NCBI GenBank assembly: GCA_032718475.1
Contig: JAUCBJ010005427.1
Span: forward strand, 6,211 to 70,210
DNA: 64,000 nt
Direction of reading: 5' to 3'
DNA from: Nemertoderma westbladi
Taxonomy: Eukaryota; Animalia; Xenacoelomorpha
Shown: positions 25,261 through 37,106 of the stretch, in pieces
Numbering within the stretch: position 1 is the stretch's first letter
How the letters are laid out: each line of letters begins with the position of its first letter
Position numbers and translations under genes: made by a program
Notes under the pieces: generated by a model
The model's database searches: none
Seen by the model: the letters and a program-made list of their open reading frames with translations, nothing else
What the model was told of the DNA's origin: nothing

Positions 25261-25941
25261 CAGAAGGATGATCATAATGATCATGGGGTGATGATAACTC
25301 CACCTACTGGCTCCAGAAGTCGAGGAAATCCTGCCAAGTACCTAACTGATCTAGACTTTGCTGATGACTTAGGAGTACTCTCAGAATCACTAGAGGGAGC
25401 CCAACGGCTCCTTAGCTCATTAGAACATGCTGCTTCTAGTGTTGGACTTTTTATTAACTTCAGAAAGACCAAAATTTTGACAGTTAACTTTGAAAGTTCT
25501 CAGCAAGTCTCTGGAAGTCACCGAGAATTAATCGGAAACTTAAGGTCCGATTATTTAGAGCAGCAGTAGTTCCAGTACTCCTCTATGGGAGTCCATGCTG
25601 GGCTCTAACTGCTGAGGACACCAAATCTCTGGATGGCACATTCACAAGAATGCTACGCCGGGTTCATTGTGTCAAGTACAATGCACACATCTCCAACCAG
25701 ACACTATATAACATTGAAGGTGTCTCATTGTTCCCCCAAGCTTGACACTAGAACAAAATCGTCTCCGCTTTGCAGGACATTGCTTTCGCCGTGAAGCATC
25801 TTAAAGGACACTGGCCTTGAAAATGATCTAGCAAATGTCATGGGTGATAGGGAGTTGTGGTGGCGCAATTTTGTTGACAAGCCGGCACAGCATTCTTAAA
25901 AATGCAGCTGCAATGCAGCATGCCGATCCTAGTAGTAGTAG
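25261..25941 (+). mobile_element. 5'-truncated, decayed RTE-clade LINE
   Basis: DLDFADDL RT motif, VLLYG..W.LT, KSLDGTFTRMLRR, RLRFAGHCFR; (TAG)n tail; TSD TCTGGCTC at 25253-25260 and 25942-25949. Confidence 0.88.
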
Positions 25942-25949
25942 TCTGGCTC

Positions 25950-25986
25950 TGGCCCCTCCCCTTATGAAATTCTGGCTACGCCACTG
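25950..25986. mobile_element. MITE right end (…CTGGCTACGCCACTG) into which the RTE LINE inserted
   Basis: Reverse complement CAGTGGCGTAGCCAG is a common invertebrate MITE TIR type; the matching end was not found. Confidence 0.45.
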
Positions 25987-26506
25987 AGTAGGCCTAGAGC
26001 TGTCCTTGTTAAACTAAATGCTATATTGGTAAGGTATAACTTTTCGCCGTATCCGTATCCGTATGCACGCACATACGCGTATGTAATGGATTCATTCCTA
26101 TTGTTAAAGAAATCTCAAAGGGGATTCTTCCTTTTGATAAGTTCGTATTTTCGAATGAAACAAAGTGGTTAATCAAACTATAACATACCACGCTAATTGC
26201 CCTAAGCACAAGCCGAAACAGAAACAACCTAACCATTTGCTTCCTACGACGTACCTGGTACGTCACCCAATAGGGTGCTGTGACGTACCTGGTACGTCAT
26301 GATTTTAACAGTGATATATCTGATCGAATAGGTTGTAGCACACATCTAGGCTTGTTTGTATGCCTTTCAGCACACATAATGGATGTAAGCAATATAATTT
26401 AGGCGGGAATTTCAAAATACTTATGGCCTATAATAAGCCTAGCTAAGGATATCATATAGGTTCACAATACATATATCTGTATAATTATTACCTTACTACT
26501 GTAATA

Positions 26507-26916
26507 ATGGAACGTACTTATCCAAAACGAGACCAAAGGCAACTAAAGCGATTCGGGTTTGACAAAGATAGCGATGATGAAGAAGAAGGCTCAGATGACA
26601 GTGATTCCGTGGTTGAGTCTATAGATGAGTCCCTTTATGGTATTGCCAGTGACGACGGTTCAGATTCAGACATTGCGGCTCCGGAAACTGCCACTGCCAG
26701 TTGGGCTGAAGTCGATGAAGTCAACGATAGTGTAAACCTTACGAACGAGGCCGTTTGGTACTTTTGGTTGGCAAGGAATAACAACTACTAACTTCTGCGT
26801 TTACATGACTATATTGATCTGTACCTTCCGGATAGTTTACTGTGGATTGTGAATCATGCCCAGATAAACCTGGGCTTTGTTTGGGAAAATGTTTTCAAAT
26901 CCATCACTCACAATAG
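26507..26916 (+). pseudogene. piggyBac transposase remnant: N-terminus and Cys-rich C-terminus, DDD core deleted
   Basis: Acidic SDDE/SDSD N-terminus; frameshifts; CxxCPDKPGLC motif at about 26847-26916. Confidence 0.75.
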
Positions 26917-27009
26917 GCAGGTCAAACGTACTAATACCGTATTTTATGTGATATTTTATATTATTATAACAATTATTTCATCTAGATGTTATGCTTTCTT
27001 ATGTTTTAA

Positions 27010-28072
27010 CAGACAGACAGACTGACATAGGAACAGACAAAGACTGACAGTCATAGTAGATTAGGAGAAATAAGAAATCTGACATCGGGAATTAAATCAG
27101 AGACCAGGAAAACCCCCATAACAAATATTTTAGCTAGATGGCATTATTTTTTTTATTTTGACAGACAGACTCACAAACAGACAGACAACAGACAGACAGT
27201 CATACTAGATTAAGCCAAATATTAAATCTGACACCAGAAATGAAATAACAGTCCAGGAAAACCCCCATAACCAATATTTTAGCCAGATGAAATTATTTCT
27301 TTTATTTTGACGGACAGACTGACAAACAAACAAACAGACAGCAGACAGACATTCATACTAGATTAAGCCAAATATTAAATCTGACATCAGAAAAAGAAAT
27401 CACAGTCCGGGAAAACCCCCATAACCAATATTTTAGCCAGATGACATTATTTCTTTTATTTTGACGGACAGACTGACAAACAAACAGACAGCAGACAGAC
27501 ATTCATACTAGATTAAGCCAAATATTAAATCTGACATCAGAAATGAAATCACAGTCCGGGAAAACCCCCATAACCAATATTTTAGCCAGATGACATTATT
27601 TCTTTTATTTTGACGGACAGACTGACAAACAGACAGACAACAGACATACAGTTATACCAGATTAAGCCAAATATTAAATCTGACATCAGAATTGAAATCA
27701 CAGACCTGGAAAACCCCCATAACAACTATTTTAGCTAGTTGGCATTATTTCTTTCATTTTGACAGACAGACTGACAAACAAACAGACAACAGACAGACAT
27801 TCATACTAGATTAAGCCAAATAGTAAATCTGACATCAGAAATCAAATCACAGTCCAGGAAAACCCCCATAACCAATATTTTAGCCAGATGACATTATTGC
27901 TTTTATTTTGACGGACAGACTGACAAACAGACAGACCACAGACATACAGTCATACTAGATTAAGCCAAATATTAAATCTGACATCAAAAAAATGAAATCA
28001 CAGACCTGGAAAACCCCCATAACAAATATTTTAGCTAGGTGGCATTATTTCTTACATTTTGACAGACAGACA
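27010..28072. repeat. About 150-bp tandem repeat, about 7 diverged copies, each with a (GACA)n tract
   Basis: GGAAAACCCCCATAAC recurs near 27107, 27256, 27410, 27559, 27708, 27857 and 28008. Confidence 0.92.
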
Positions 28073-29911
28073 AAATGTCTGTCTTTCTTTTCATATTTGT
28101 TAGCTCCTGGGCATGCCAAATATATATCAGTTCAGGAAGCAAGGAAGTTCAGGAAGTTCACATCATTGTTTTCCCCGTTAATACGAGTGTCGGTGACTTA
28201 ACACTCCAATTGTTCACCTTTCAAAGAGAAATAACGCAGTTCGTCAGGCGGACAAATGTTGAATGTGAGAATATTTAATATTGCGAATAAGGGGGAAATT
28301 ATTTACCTAACCCTGGTGCCCTTAGCGCTGACTGTAATCAGCTATATTACAGCTTCGCTACGCCTGCGACTACTGTAGACTTGCAAACCCGCTATTTTTT
28401 GGATAACTGCCTAGCGTAAATTAGTCCAAATATATTTCCTAGGCGTAAACAACTAAACTATTATCCGCTAAAAAAAAGTAAAAACTTTTTTTATGTTTTT
28501 TCTGTTTGTTTTTGTATTTTTTTTATTTTTTATGCAGCGTACGAAATCCTTATTTTATTCTAAATACTATCATAAACTACATTTACTCAAATGTACGGGG
28601 TTGCGAACTAATTATTAGGTATTCCAGAATTTGTAACGCCAATTAGTTACGTTACTGGGCTACACTAAAGACAGCCTATATACCGTATTATTTGACCTAA
28701 CAGCAATTAACAAGCATAAATAGAAAACAGAAAACAATCAAGTATCAGGCACTTTCTAAAACAATACAACATAAAATAGCGTTAGCGTTAGCTAGCCACA
28801 TTACAGCAGTAGCGTTAGCGGTAGCGTAAATGGCTAAGGTCACCCCAGATCAATGTGATATTTCTACCTAACTAGCAAATCTGAGAGACAAGATCTAGGT
28901 CGCCTCGCCCCTTACAGCCTTAATGGCGACCGGCCCTCGGTCTTCAACTTAATTCAGCCAACCGCAGCCACCAGCCCCGCCGGTAGTGCCGTGCATTGGA
29001 TCCTCCAACTTCTCCCGTCGCTTCCAAACAGTGAGCCCGCGGCGCCTACCCCTAGCCCAACATGCTAAAGCGGGAAGTTACCGTAACGGCGCAAACATAG
29101 TAAAAATAGTCAGACACCCAGGATACAACTTGGGAAAAGACGTATGTGCACTTAGTGCAAAATGCACTTAAATAGTGAACATTTTTTCTATATTTCAAAC
29201 ACTATTATTTCCAGTTCTATTTATCGTAAAATGTTATTTTTTGGGTTAAAATGTAGTTTGGAATGATTTCTAACTATAATCGTAACATTTGTTTAACTTT
29301 TTATGTCAATAAAGTGACTTAAAATGTCTTTGAATATTGTCAAAAATCGCAAATGTCGAGATTTATTAAATTTGATTTTTGACACTTTTAACGACTGACA
29401 CTTGATCATACACCATCGTAGATCGGTAGAGGATAAACATAAGTTTGTTAAATAAGAACCACCATTACGATCTGCTAAAGTGCACTTGTACAAATAAGTG
29501 TGCAAAGGTGCAAATTTTTTAATAAGGTCAAATTATATAGTATTGAGTTATTTTCTTTGCAGATACTTTATTTTCATATTAATATGTTGTTTGGCTCATA
29601 CTGAGCGCATTATGGATATGTGTACAAATAACCGGCCCTTATAAGGCTTCGATTGGGTAAATTAATAAAACATAAGGTTGTAATATTCTAAAAAACCAGT
29701 GTGATATTAAATGCACTTTAAACAATAAATAGAGGTCAAATGACAAATGGACCACACAATTAAAAACTCGCACAATTTTGTACTTCTTATATCGCTTCAA
29801 ATTAATTCAACAGTTCTTAGCTACAAGAGTTTGAAAAAAAAATGTCCCAATATAAAAATATCCAATATTCAACAGTGGATATTTGGGGGAAGTTACAGTG
29901 TGCGTGCATTC

Positions 29912-29961
29912 GGGGGAAGTTTGGTGAACTGCATTTATGCAGTGAATCCAAACTTCCCCCT
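29912..29961. repeat. About 50-bp hairpin, probably a MITE remnant
   Basis: GGGGGAAGTTTGG..ACTGCAT TT ATGCAGT..CCAAACTTCCCCC. Confidence 0.6.
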
Positions 29962-31117
29962 TTGATATATCATATACTTAAGACATGCTAGGGTGACGGG
30001 GAAATATTTGTTACTGTCACACTTTGCTTCCATTTATCCTATCCTTTATTATTACCCCAGTCAGATAAGAGATAATAATCAGTAAAAACCAAACTAAACT
30101 GTCTTTCGTGCAAACAAATTTCTAACTAAAGACGGGTGAATGACCATGACCATGGAAATAATTTTAAATATAATTGTATATCAACTATTTGGGGAGGCTT
30201 CCAAGTTAAACCCGAAAACAATTATTTCGTTACATAGTAAATAACGTTGTATGTTATTCTTCCTCTCATAATAAAATATAAATGAAATATCTCTTGATCA
30301 CTGTGCCCTGTAACATTTCACAACCCAAATGTTTCAGTGTGAAAAGTGTAGGCCTACCACACCCCGCCCAAACAGCCGCAAACACATAGCCAACAAATTT
30401 AACAAAGGGTTACATACATGTTGGGTTCATGACGAGATGAGTGAAAATTGATCGCGTAATATAAAGTAAAAAATTTGAGAGTCGGGCTGGCTCTTCTCCA
30501 CTTTCTTACCCAATGGAAATGTTGTTGTTATAATCTAATATTGGGGCGGCTTTCTCTCGTTTTATTGTACTAACTGACACCTGGCCGTCCGGTTGGACTT
30601 AGATTAATTACTGGCACCCGGTTGCACTCGCTGACACGTGATTTGACTAACTGGAACTAGTTGGATATGCGGTTCTTATGTAAACCTAAAAACAACACAA
30701 CGTGGGAGGATCCTTCGTGAGGATTCTCCCCCACCGGGCGTAGAACATGATAGTAGAACAAAATTGACATATTCCAAAATTTTGAAGAGTTGCACGAACC
30801 TGGTCAATTTTGTGGTCAAATCTGGCCTACGTAGCCACAATTTGGCAATTCCCGGCTCTTAAACTCTTATAGTTTAAAATCATACCGATTATAAATATAT
30901 TGAGTATAGCAATTGTAAACGCATTAATTACCGTACGTAACAATGAAAATTTCATCGAATACGGTCGTGTTGCACCAGAGTTACAGCGATTTTTATAATT
31001 GCACATCATATTAAAAATTTCATTATTGTTGTATTATTTGACCATTTTGAAATTCCCTCCATCAATCCATTTGAATATCATAACATGATGGCCTACATCA
31101 AACACAACCAAAGCCAA

Positions 31118-31171
31118 CCAATGGTACAGCTCTAACCAATAACAGATAAATTGTATCCTAGCGACGGCAAC
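31118..31171. promoter_or_regulatory. Possible promoter cluster: two CCAAT boxes and an RFX X-box-like site
   Basis: CCAAT at 31118 and 31136; CCTAGCGACGGCAAC at 31157-31171; motif match only. Confidence 0.25.
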
Positions 31172-31460
31172 ACTTTTTGTAGTGTGAGGCAGGGACAAGG
31201 CGCCTTGGGCAAGAATAATGAACTCACAGCTGGCTGTATAGCAGTTACCGGTAGTGTTGGATTTTATATACCGGTCTGCCCCTCCACTGGAACGCCTGCT
31301 GCAGTACTGCAGTAGCGTACCACCACCCGTACTTTCACAGGCCTTACTACAGTAGGCCTACCAGCCTACCTCAGTACCTGCCTACTATCAGCTATACATT
31401 TCACTTGTATTCTAGCAGTCTAGGCTTGTCTGCATGTTAGCAGGTTTGGTACGGCTGTAT

Positions 31461-33499
31461 ACAAGTCCCTAAAAGGTGCCACCCTGCTCCATAGCGCGGG
31501 AAATTCAAATGATTGAAAGACATGTAATTTGTACTGGAAGGGGTGGCAGATCAGATCTGCCACCTATATTTTGGCGGTAAATTCAAATTTAACATTGAAT
31601 ATAATATGAATAGAGTAAGACTAATGTAATTCATTGAATCAGAATAAATTATTTCTTATCGGTTTAACTCACTCATCCGTTATTGTTGTTATTTTATCTA
31701 TTCTGGGACTTCCAGCAGCACGTGAATAAATAAACCAGCACGTTAACTAGTCTGGGACTTCGAGCAGCACGTGAACAACTAAGCTGACTGGTTAACTAGT
31801 CTGGGACTTCGAGCAGCACGTGAAGAACTAAGCTGACTGGTTAACTAGTATGGGGGTTCGAGCAGCACGTGAACAACTAAGCTGACTGGTTAACTAGACT
31901 TGGGCTTCGAGCAGCACGTGAACAACTAAGCTGACTAGTTAACTAGTATGGGGGTTCGAGCAGCACGTGAACAACTAAGCTGACTGGTTAACTAGTCTGG
32001 GGGTTCGAGCAGCACGTGAACAACTAAGCTGACTGGTTAACTAGTCTGGGACTTCGAGCAGCACGTGAACAACTAAGCTGACTGGTTAACTAGTCTGGGA
32101 CTTCGAGCAGCACGTGAACAACTAAGCTGACTGGTTAACTAGTATGGGGGTTCGAGCAGCACTTGAACAACTAAGCTGACTGGTTAACTAGACTTGGGCT
32201 TCGAGCAGCACGTGAACAACTAAGCTGACTAGTTAACTAGTATGGGGGTTCGAGCAGCACGTGAACAACTAAGCTGACTGGTTAACTAGTATGGGGGTTC
32301 GAGCAGCACGTGAACAACTAAGCTGACTGGTTAACTAGACTGGGACTTCGACCGTTCGAGCAAAATTGAGGAGGGGGGGGGGGGGGGGGGGTCGGGGGAT
32401 TTGGCTTAACTTCTATCCCAGTAAAATGTAAAGAACATTTATTATTTGCTTGTATCAGTTATAATTACATCAGAACATTATAGTTATAACAATTATACAC
32501 TTATACCTAGTATATTAATAGTAAATTTCAAGTAGATAGATGATAGAAAGGCCCAGTGAATTGATATATTTTTGGCGGTTAATTCTAATTACAGAATTAT
32601 AATATATTCATTTCCATTACAAACTGTACACAGTGTGTTGCAGTATGTACGTGGGTACGTACTAAAAGGTCAAGGAGCTAGAGCTGTAGACTTCATACTG
32701 TAGTGGGGTAGTAGGCCTACAGACATATTATCTTATTTAGGTCTACTAAGAAATATTGCGTAATGTAGGTAATTCATAAGAAATATATACAGCTGCTGTA
32801 CAGCAGAGAATTGATAGTAAAATATATCGCAGGTAGGCCTACTGTAATAACAATAGGTGTATAATGCCTCTGCCATATACTGCTATATTTGTCTATGACA
32901 TATAATATGATAAAATATTATTATGAATGAACATTCTTATTCTTAGTAACTCGTGACAAAATACAATGCGCTACTAACTCAGAAACTGTAATCCTAAATG
33001 CGGAACTTAAACCGAAACAGGGTAAAATGTGGACTTTGTAGTGACACATTTGGCAGTCAGTGCGATATAATTTCTCATGTACAAGCAAATCACGGTATTG
33101 CATGTTCAGTACAAACGGTAATTCGGTTATTCAACAATTAACAAACGGTTATTCAACGTCCATTTTTAGTTATTAGCATGACGGTAATACAAATTACGCA
33201 AGGTGAACCTATACTACATTCACAATTTTCTATTCATTCACTAAATATAACGAAAATTGAACGTTCATTTAATCCATGGTACGTTCAGTTAACTATATTA
33301 TTTGCTACATGGGTTACTCTATTCATATTTTCAATGTTAAAACAGATTTCATATATTCAATGTTAAAACAGATTTGAATTTACCGCCAAAATATAGGTGG
33401 CAGATCTGACCTGCCACCCTTTCCAGTACAAATTGCATGTCTTTCAATCATTTGAATTTCCCGCGCTATGGAGCAGGGTGGCACCTTTTAGGGACTTGT
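31461..33499. mobile_element. Non-autonomous MULE/Mutator-like element, 2039 bp
   Basis: Long TIRs of about 130-155 bp beginning ACAAGTCCCTAAAAGGTGCCACCCTGCTCC; perfect 9-bp TSD CGGCTGTAT (31452-31460, 33500-33508). Confidence 0.9.
31702..32352. repeat. 49-bp minisatellite, about 13 copies, inside the MULE-like element
   Basis: Tandem unit TCTGGGACTTCGAGCAGCACGTGAACAACTAAGCTGACTGGTTAACTAG. Confidence 0.95.
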
Positions 33500-33839
33500 C
33501 GGCTGTATGCAGGCAGCAGGTATGGTCTGACGGTTGTTGTATAATTAAATTTAGGCCTATTTCAGTATTTCATTTATTATTTGTTAATTTTTAGTGAGCC
33601 TAATACCGTGATTGTACTAGGCCTAGCATTTTTCTTTTCTCATGTTCTTTCAGTAACCAATCCACATTCACCCATTTGGCTAATAACCTCAGGATTTTAG
33701 TGAACTCAGGAGTCCGACTTCCCTCTGAAGCTCTGATCTAAGTTCCACCTACCTACCTACTGCTTATTTTATACAATCTGCCTGCATTATAGGCCTACTG
33801 CAGTTCTAAACTTCAAGTTCGGAAGTTGTAATCCTTATA

Positions 33840-34680
33840 TCCGAGGATCCCTATGAGGTGAGGATCACTTGCAGCGTATCCTAACGAATCGTCTCCTTCT
33901 GCATATAGATCACTGCTGAGTCTTCAACGTTTACGACACAAACTGGCGGACTGGGTGCCAGCACGTTTGCGATAACATTCCCGCATATCTCTGGACGGCC
34001 AAGGTCGAGAGAGGGTCGTACCGGAAATCTATCATCGCGACTTCCGGCCCTTCGCCTCGTTTCTCCGACGCAATGCTGAAAGATGCAAAAGTCCGCCTAC
34101 TGGGCATGCTCGAATCCGGTGGGAAAACTACCTGACTACCGGTAGTTCCAATCGCATTGTACGTATACGTAAGCAGGACTTCGCTAAAAGCAAACATGCA
34201 GGTGAAACTAAAGGGACTTCGTGGTATCGGTACGATTACAGTGCGTGGTTTATGGTACTTGCAACGTTTACCGGATGAAATCTTAGGCTCTAGAATCAGC
34301 GGCACGAAATACTGAAATACAAAGAGCAAAACTTCCCAGCAATTCAATGCAACAGCAAGCGATGAGTTATAATGGGTTGCGTTCCGGAGCGAGTTGGGAT
34401 CCCCAGTTTAAATTCGCGAGTGGTTCGGGTCCATCAGTCGACCAGACATGCTTTGGTTCGTTGAGTTTTTAACTTTCATGTCTTCGTTTCATCCAAACCG
34501 CATCCGGGTAGGGATACCAAACCACCGCGTTATTTAATGCTTTTTAATTTTGTTATTGTGTATCGATTGACTTATATATAACCTGTGCCTTTATTCAGTT
34601 ACTGTGTTAACATTTATGACGTCGTATTGGTTTAAATGTATGCCCATTTATCAAGTTTGTGGTCCTATACTGCCATGAGC
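33840..34680 (+). other. GC-rich island, possibly the decayed 3' part of a Tx1/L1-like retrotransposon
   Basis: Much higher GC than flanks; few stops in two frames; QTGGLG motif; T-rich 3'-UTR-like tail; no decisive motif. Confidence 0.25.
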
Positions 34681-35631
34681 AGAAAATATTTTATTAATTT
34701 AACAAATTAAATTCACAATTTAGTATTGAATCTTTAATATATTATAGTAAATAATAATAATATTTATTATTATGTAAATATATTAATAGTATAAACAGCT
34801 ATAGCTATATACCATAAATATATTGTTATATTTCATAATTAAAATTTGTTTAATAAATTATTTTGCATTTTATAGAAATACTGATATATCTTTTAGCGTA
34901 TTTACAAAAGCAAATAATATAAAGGTGCTTTTGTGATAATTATGCAAATAAATTTTTTATTTTAATGCAAATACTTACAGTAATATTAACCAAGTATTTT
35001 GTTCTTAAACAGTAAAATTTAGTTTTCATTCTTTGATAAATTTTTTTGTTGGTTTTAAATAAAATTTGAAATATTTTTGGTACTAAACAAGATCTCTAAT
35101 AAGGAATTCTACCACCCCCCCCCCCCCCCCCCCCCCCTCCTTACTTTCGGCCTAACAATTAGTAAATTGTGGATTTCAGTTTCCAACAATTCCATTTAAA
35201 TCTCACTCTTATATGAACAGAAATTCACAGTCTAGTCCAATATTAAAATTGTTTGTGAATTCGAATTGTTTGCGAAACATTTATATGTTTCATCATAATA
35301 TGAATTTTTTTACAGCTTTGATATTATACTGACATCGTAGATGTTACTGAAAGATGGCACAGCCGAATTTTATTTAGTAGGTATAGACCCTAGCCAGCAA
35401 ACTTGTGGTGCTGTATGTTGGTACAGTACATTAATAGTTGTTATGGGTAAAATTAATTATTGCGGAATTTCAGAATTCCCCCACGAGGTGGGCTGTTACA
35501 GTTACAATATACTTTAACTTAGTTTGGTTTGGTATGGTAGGCCTACTGCAGTAACTGTACAAGTTTGATTAGGCTGACTGGGTATATTTCAGTACCGGTA
35601 TTTAATAATAATAATAGCCTACAGCCCTACG

Positions 35632-37092
35632 ATGGATTTCTTGACTATATTGATTTTCATTAGCTCTGTTATCGTCATATATTTAGTTTTGAACCACTAT
35701 AAGACTGTAAGACCTCCATCACCGCCAGGATTACCCATTATTGGAGGGGTTCTCAATGCGTGGAAGATCCGTCGTAGCCGAACTAAAGGCTATGCGAAAT
35801 GGTCTAAAGAACTCAACTCAGATATCATTAGTTTACCCGTTCCGGGCTACACTACAATTATATTGAATTCATTGAAAATTGTACGACAAGCTTTTGTAGA
35901 AAATGGCAGTCTGTTTTCTCATCGTCCGAGAATTCTAAACTCCCATGGGATTACATTTGCGAGTGGAAAAGTGTGGATGCATCAACGCAAGTTGTTCATG
36001 TCTGTCTTGCGACAATTCTACCTCGGTAAACGAAGCTTTGAAGACCGTGTTGTGGAGGAAGCTGGTATGATGAATGATTGGATCGCCAAACTAAATGGTG
36101 AGGTCTTTGATTCATATAAGATTGTCGGTAAAGCTGTTTCTAATGTCATCAGCAGCGTTGTCTTTACTGAACGATTTGATTATAATGATAAACTGTTTAC
36201 CAATCTCATACAATTAGTGAATCAACAATTTCGTATCAACCCATTTATATACATAATACCGAAGCCGCTATCAAACATATTACTTAGTGATAATATTAAT
36301 CAGTATAAAATTATAGAAAAAATGCACCAAGCGTTCCGAAAGATCATAGACGAACACCGAGAATCTATTGATTACGAATCACCCAGAGATTACATCGATT
36401 GTCACATTATAGAGGAAAAGAAATGGATCGATTTAGGGCAACCCGATATGGCATTTTACTATAAAGACCTCAACTTGGAACATTCCATAACGGGTCTTTT
36501 CCTTGCTGGATCCGAAACAACTGCGAGCGCATTGTACTGGTTTGGCCTCGTAATGGTGACACATCCAGATATCCAAACGAAATGTCAGAGAACGATAGAT
36601 GAAGTAGTCGGTAGAGACAGACTTCCCACAGTGGAGGATTTCTCCAAGATGCCCTACTTTGAAGCTTGTTTGTTGGAAGTTCTCAGATTTGGAGTTATTG
36701 CTCCGACAACTCTGGCCCATCGAGTTCCTCACGAAATCAAGTTTAATAACTACACGATACACCCCAGTGATGTAATCCTCGCCAATCTGTGGAACATTCT
36801 AAGAGACCCCGGAGCGTGGGAGAAACCAGATGAGTTCTTCCCCCAACATTTCCTATCGGAAGACGGTTCGACTATAAGGAAACCCGATGAATTCGTCGCA
36901 TTTGGTATCGGACCTCGGATCTGCGCAGGAGAACGTCTCGCCCAGATGGAGTTTCGGATTTTCAGCAGCCATCTACTCCATAGATTTACTCTGGTCGCCA
37001 ATGGCGAACTGCCCAGCTTGAACGAACACGTTCCCGGATTAACTCTTCTACCTAAACCTTATAAAATGCGAGCTCTACCCAGACTAGATTAA
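35632..37092 (+). CDS. Intronless cytochrome P450, CYP2 clan, 486 aa
   Basis: N-terminal TM, PPSPPGLPIIG hinge, WxxxR (WMHQR), I-helix AGSETT, ExxR (EVLR), PERF-like PQHF, heme motif FGIGPRICAG. Confidence 0.96.
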   Translation: MDFLTILIFISSVIVIYLVLNHYKTVRPPSPPGLPIIGGVLNAWKIRRSRTKGYAKWSKELNSDIISLPVPGYTTIILNSLKIVRQAFVENGSLFSHRPRILNSHGITFASGKVWMHQRKLFMSVLRQFYLGKRSFEDRVVEEAGMMNDWIAKLNGEVFDSYKIVGKAVSNVISSVVFTERFDYNDKLFTNLIQLVNQQFRINPFIYIIPKPLSNILLSDNINQYKIIEKMHQAFRKIIDEHRESIDYESPRDYIDCHIIEEKKWIDLGQPDMAFYYKDLNLEHSITGLFLAGSETTASALYWFGLVMVTHPDIQTKCQRTIDEVVGRDRLPTVEDFSKMPYFEACLLEVLRFGVIAPTTLAHRVPHEIKFNNYTIHPSDVILANLWNILRDPGAWEKPDEFFPQHFLSEDGSTIRKPDEFVAFGIGPRICAGERLAQMEFRIFSSHLLHRFTLVANGELPSLNEHVPGLTLLPKPYKMRALPRLD

Positions 37093-37106
37093 TTACACAA
37101 ACAATT

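Larger units (their letters stand above)
26233..28142 (+). mobile_element. Internally deleted piggyBac element with internal tandem repeats
   Basis: CTAA|CCATTTGCTTCCT left end; two subterminal GACGTACCTGGTACGTC palindromes; acidic N-terminal ORF; DYIDLYLPDSLL joined to CESCPDKPGLCLGKCFQIHH* (piggyBac C-terminal Cys-rich domain); partial right TIR AGGAAGCAA near 28134-28142. Confidence 0.75.

Noticed and set aside
28920-28950. LTR primer-binding site TGGCGACC
   Set aside because: No LTR pair or gag/pol nearby; context looks more like a MITE end
21233-32352. Common ancestry of the 52-bp and 49-bp monomers (GGGAC..TGAATAAA..AAACCA..CTAGT)
   Set aside because: Only short scattered word matches; not convincing without alignment statistics
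36433-37001. Antisense ORFs inside the CYP (also 22853-23164 inside the FReD gene)
   Set aside because: Opposite-strand shadows of real genes with no recognisable motifs
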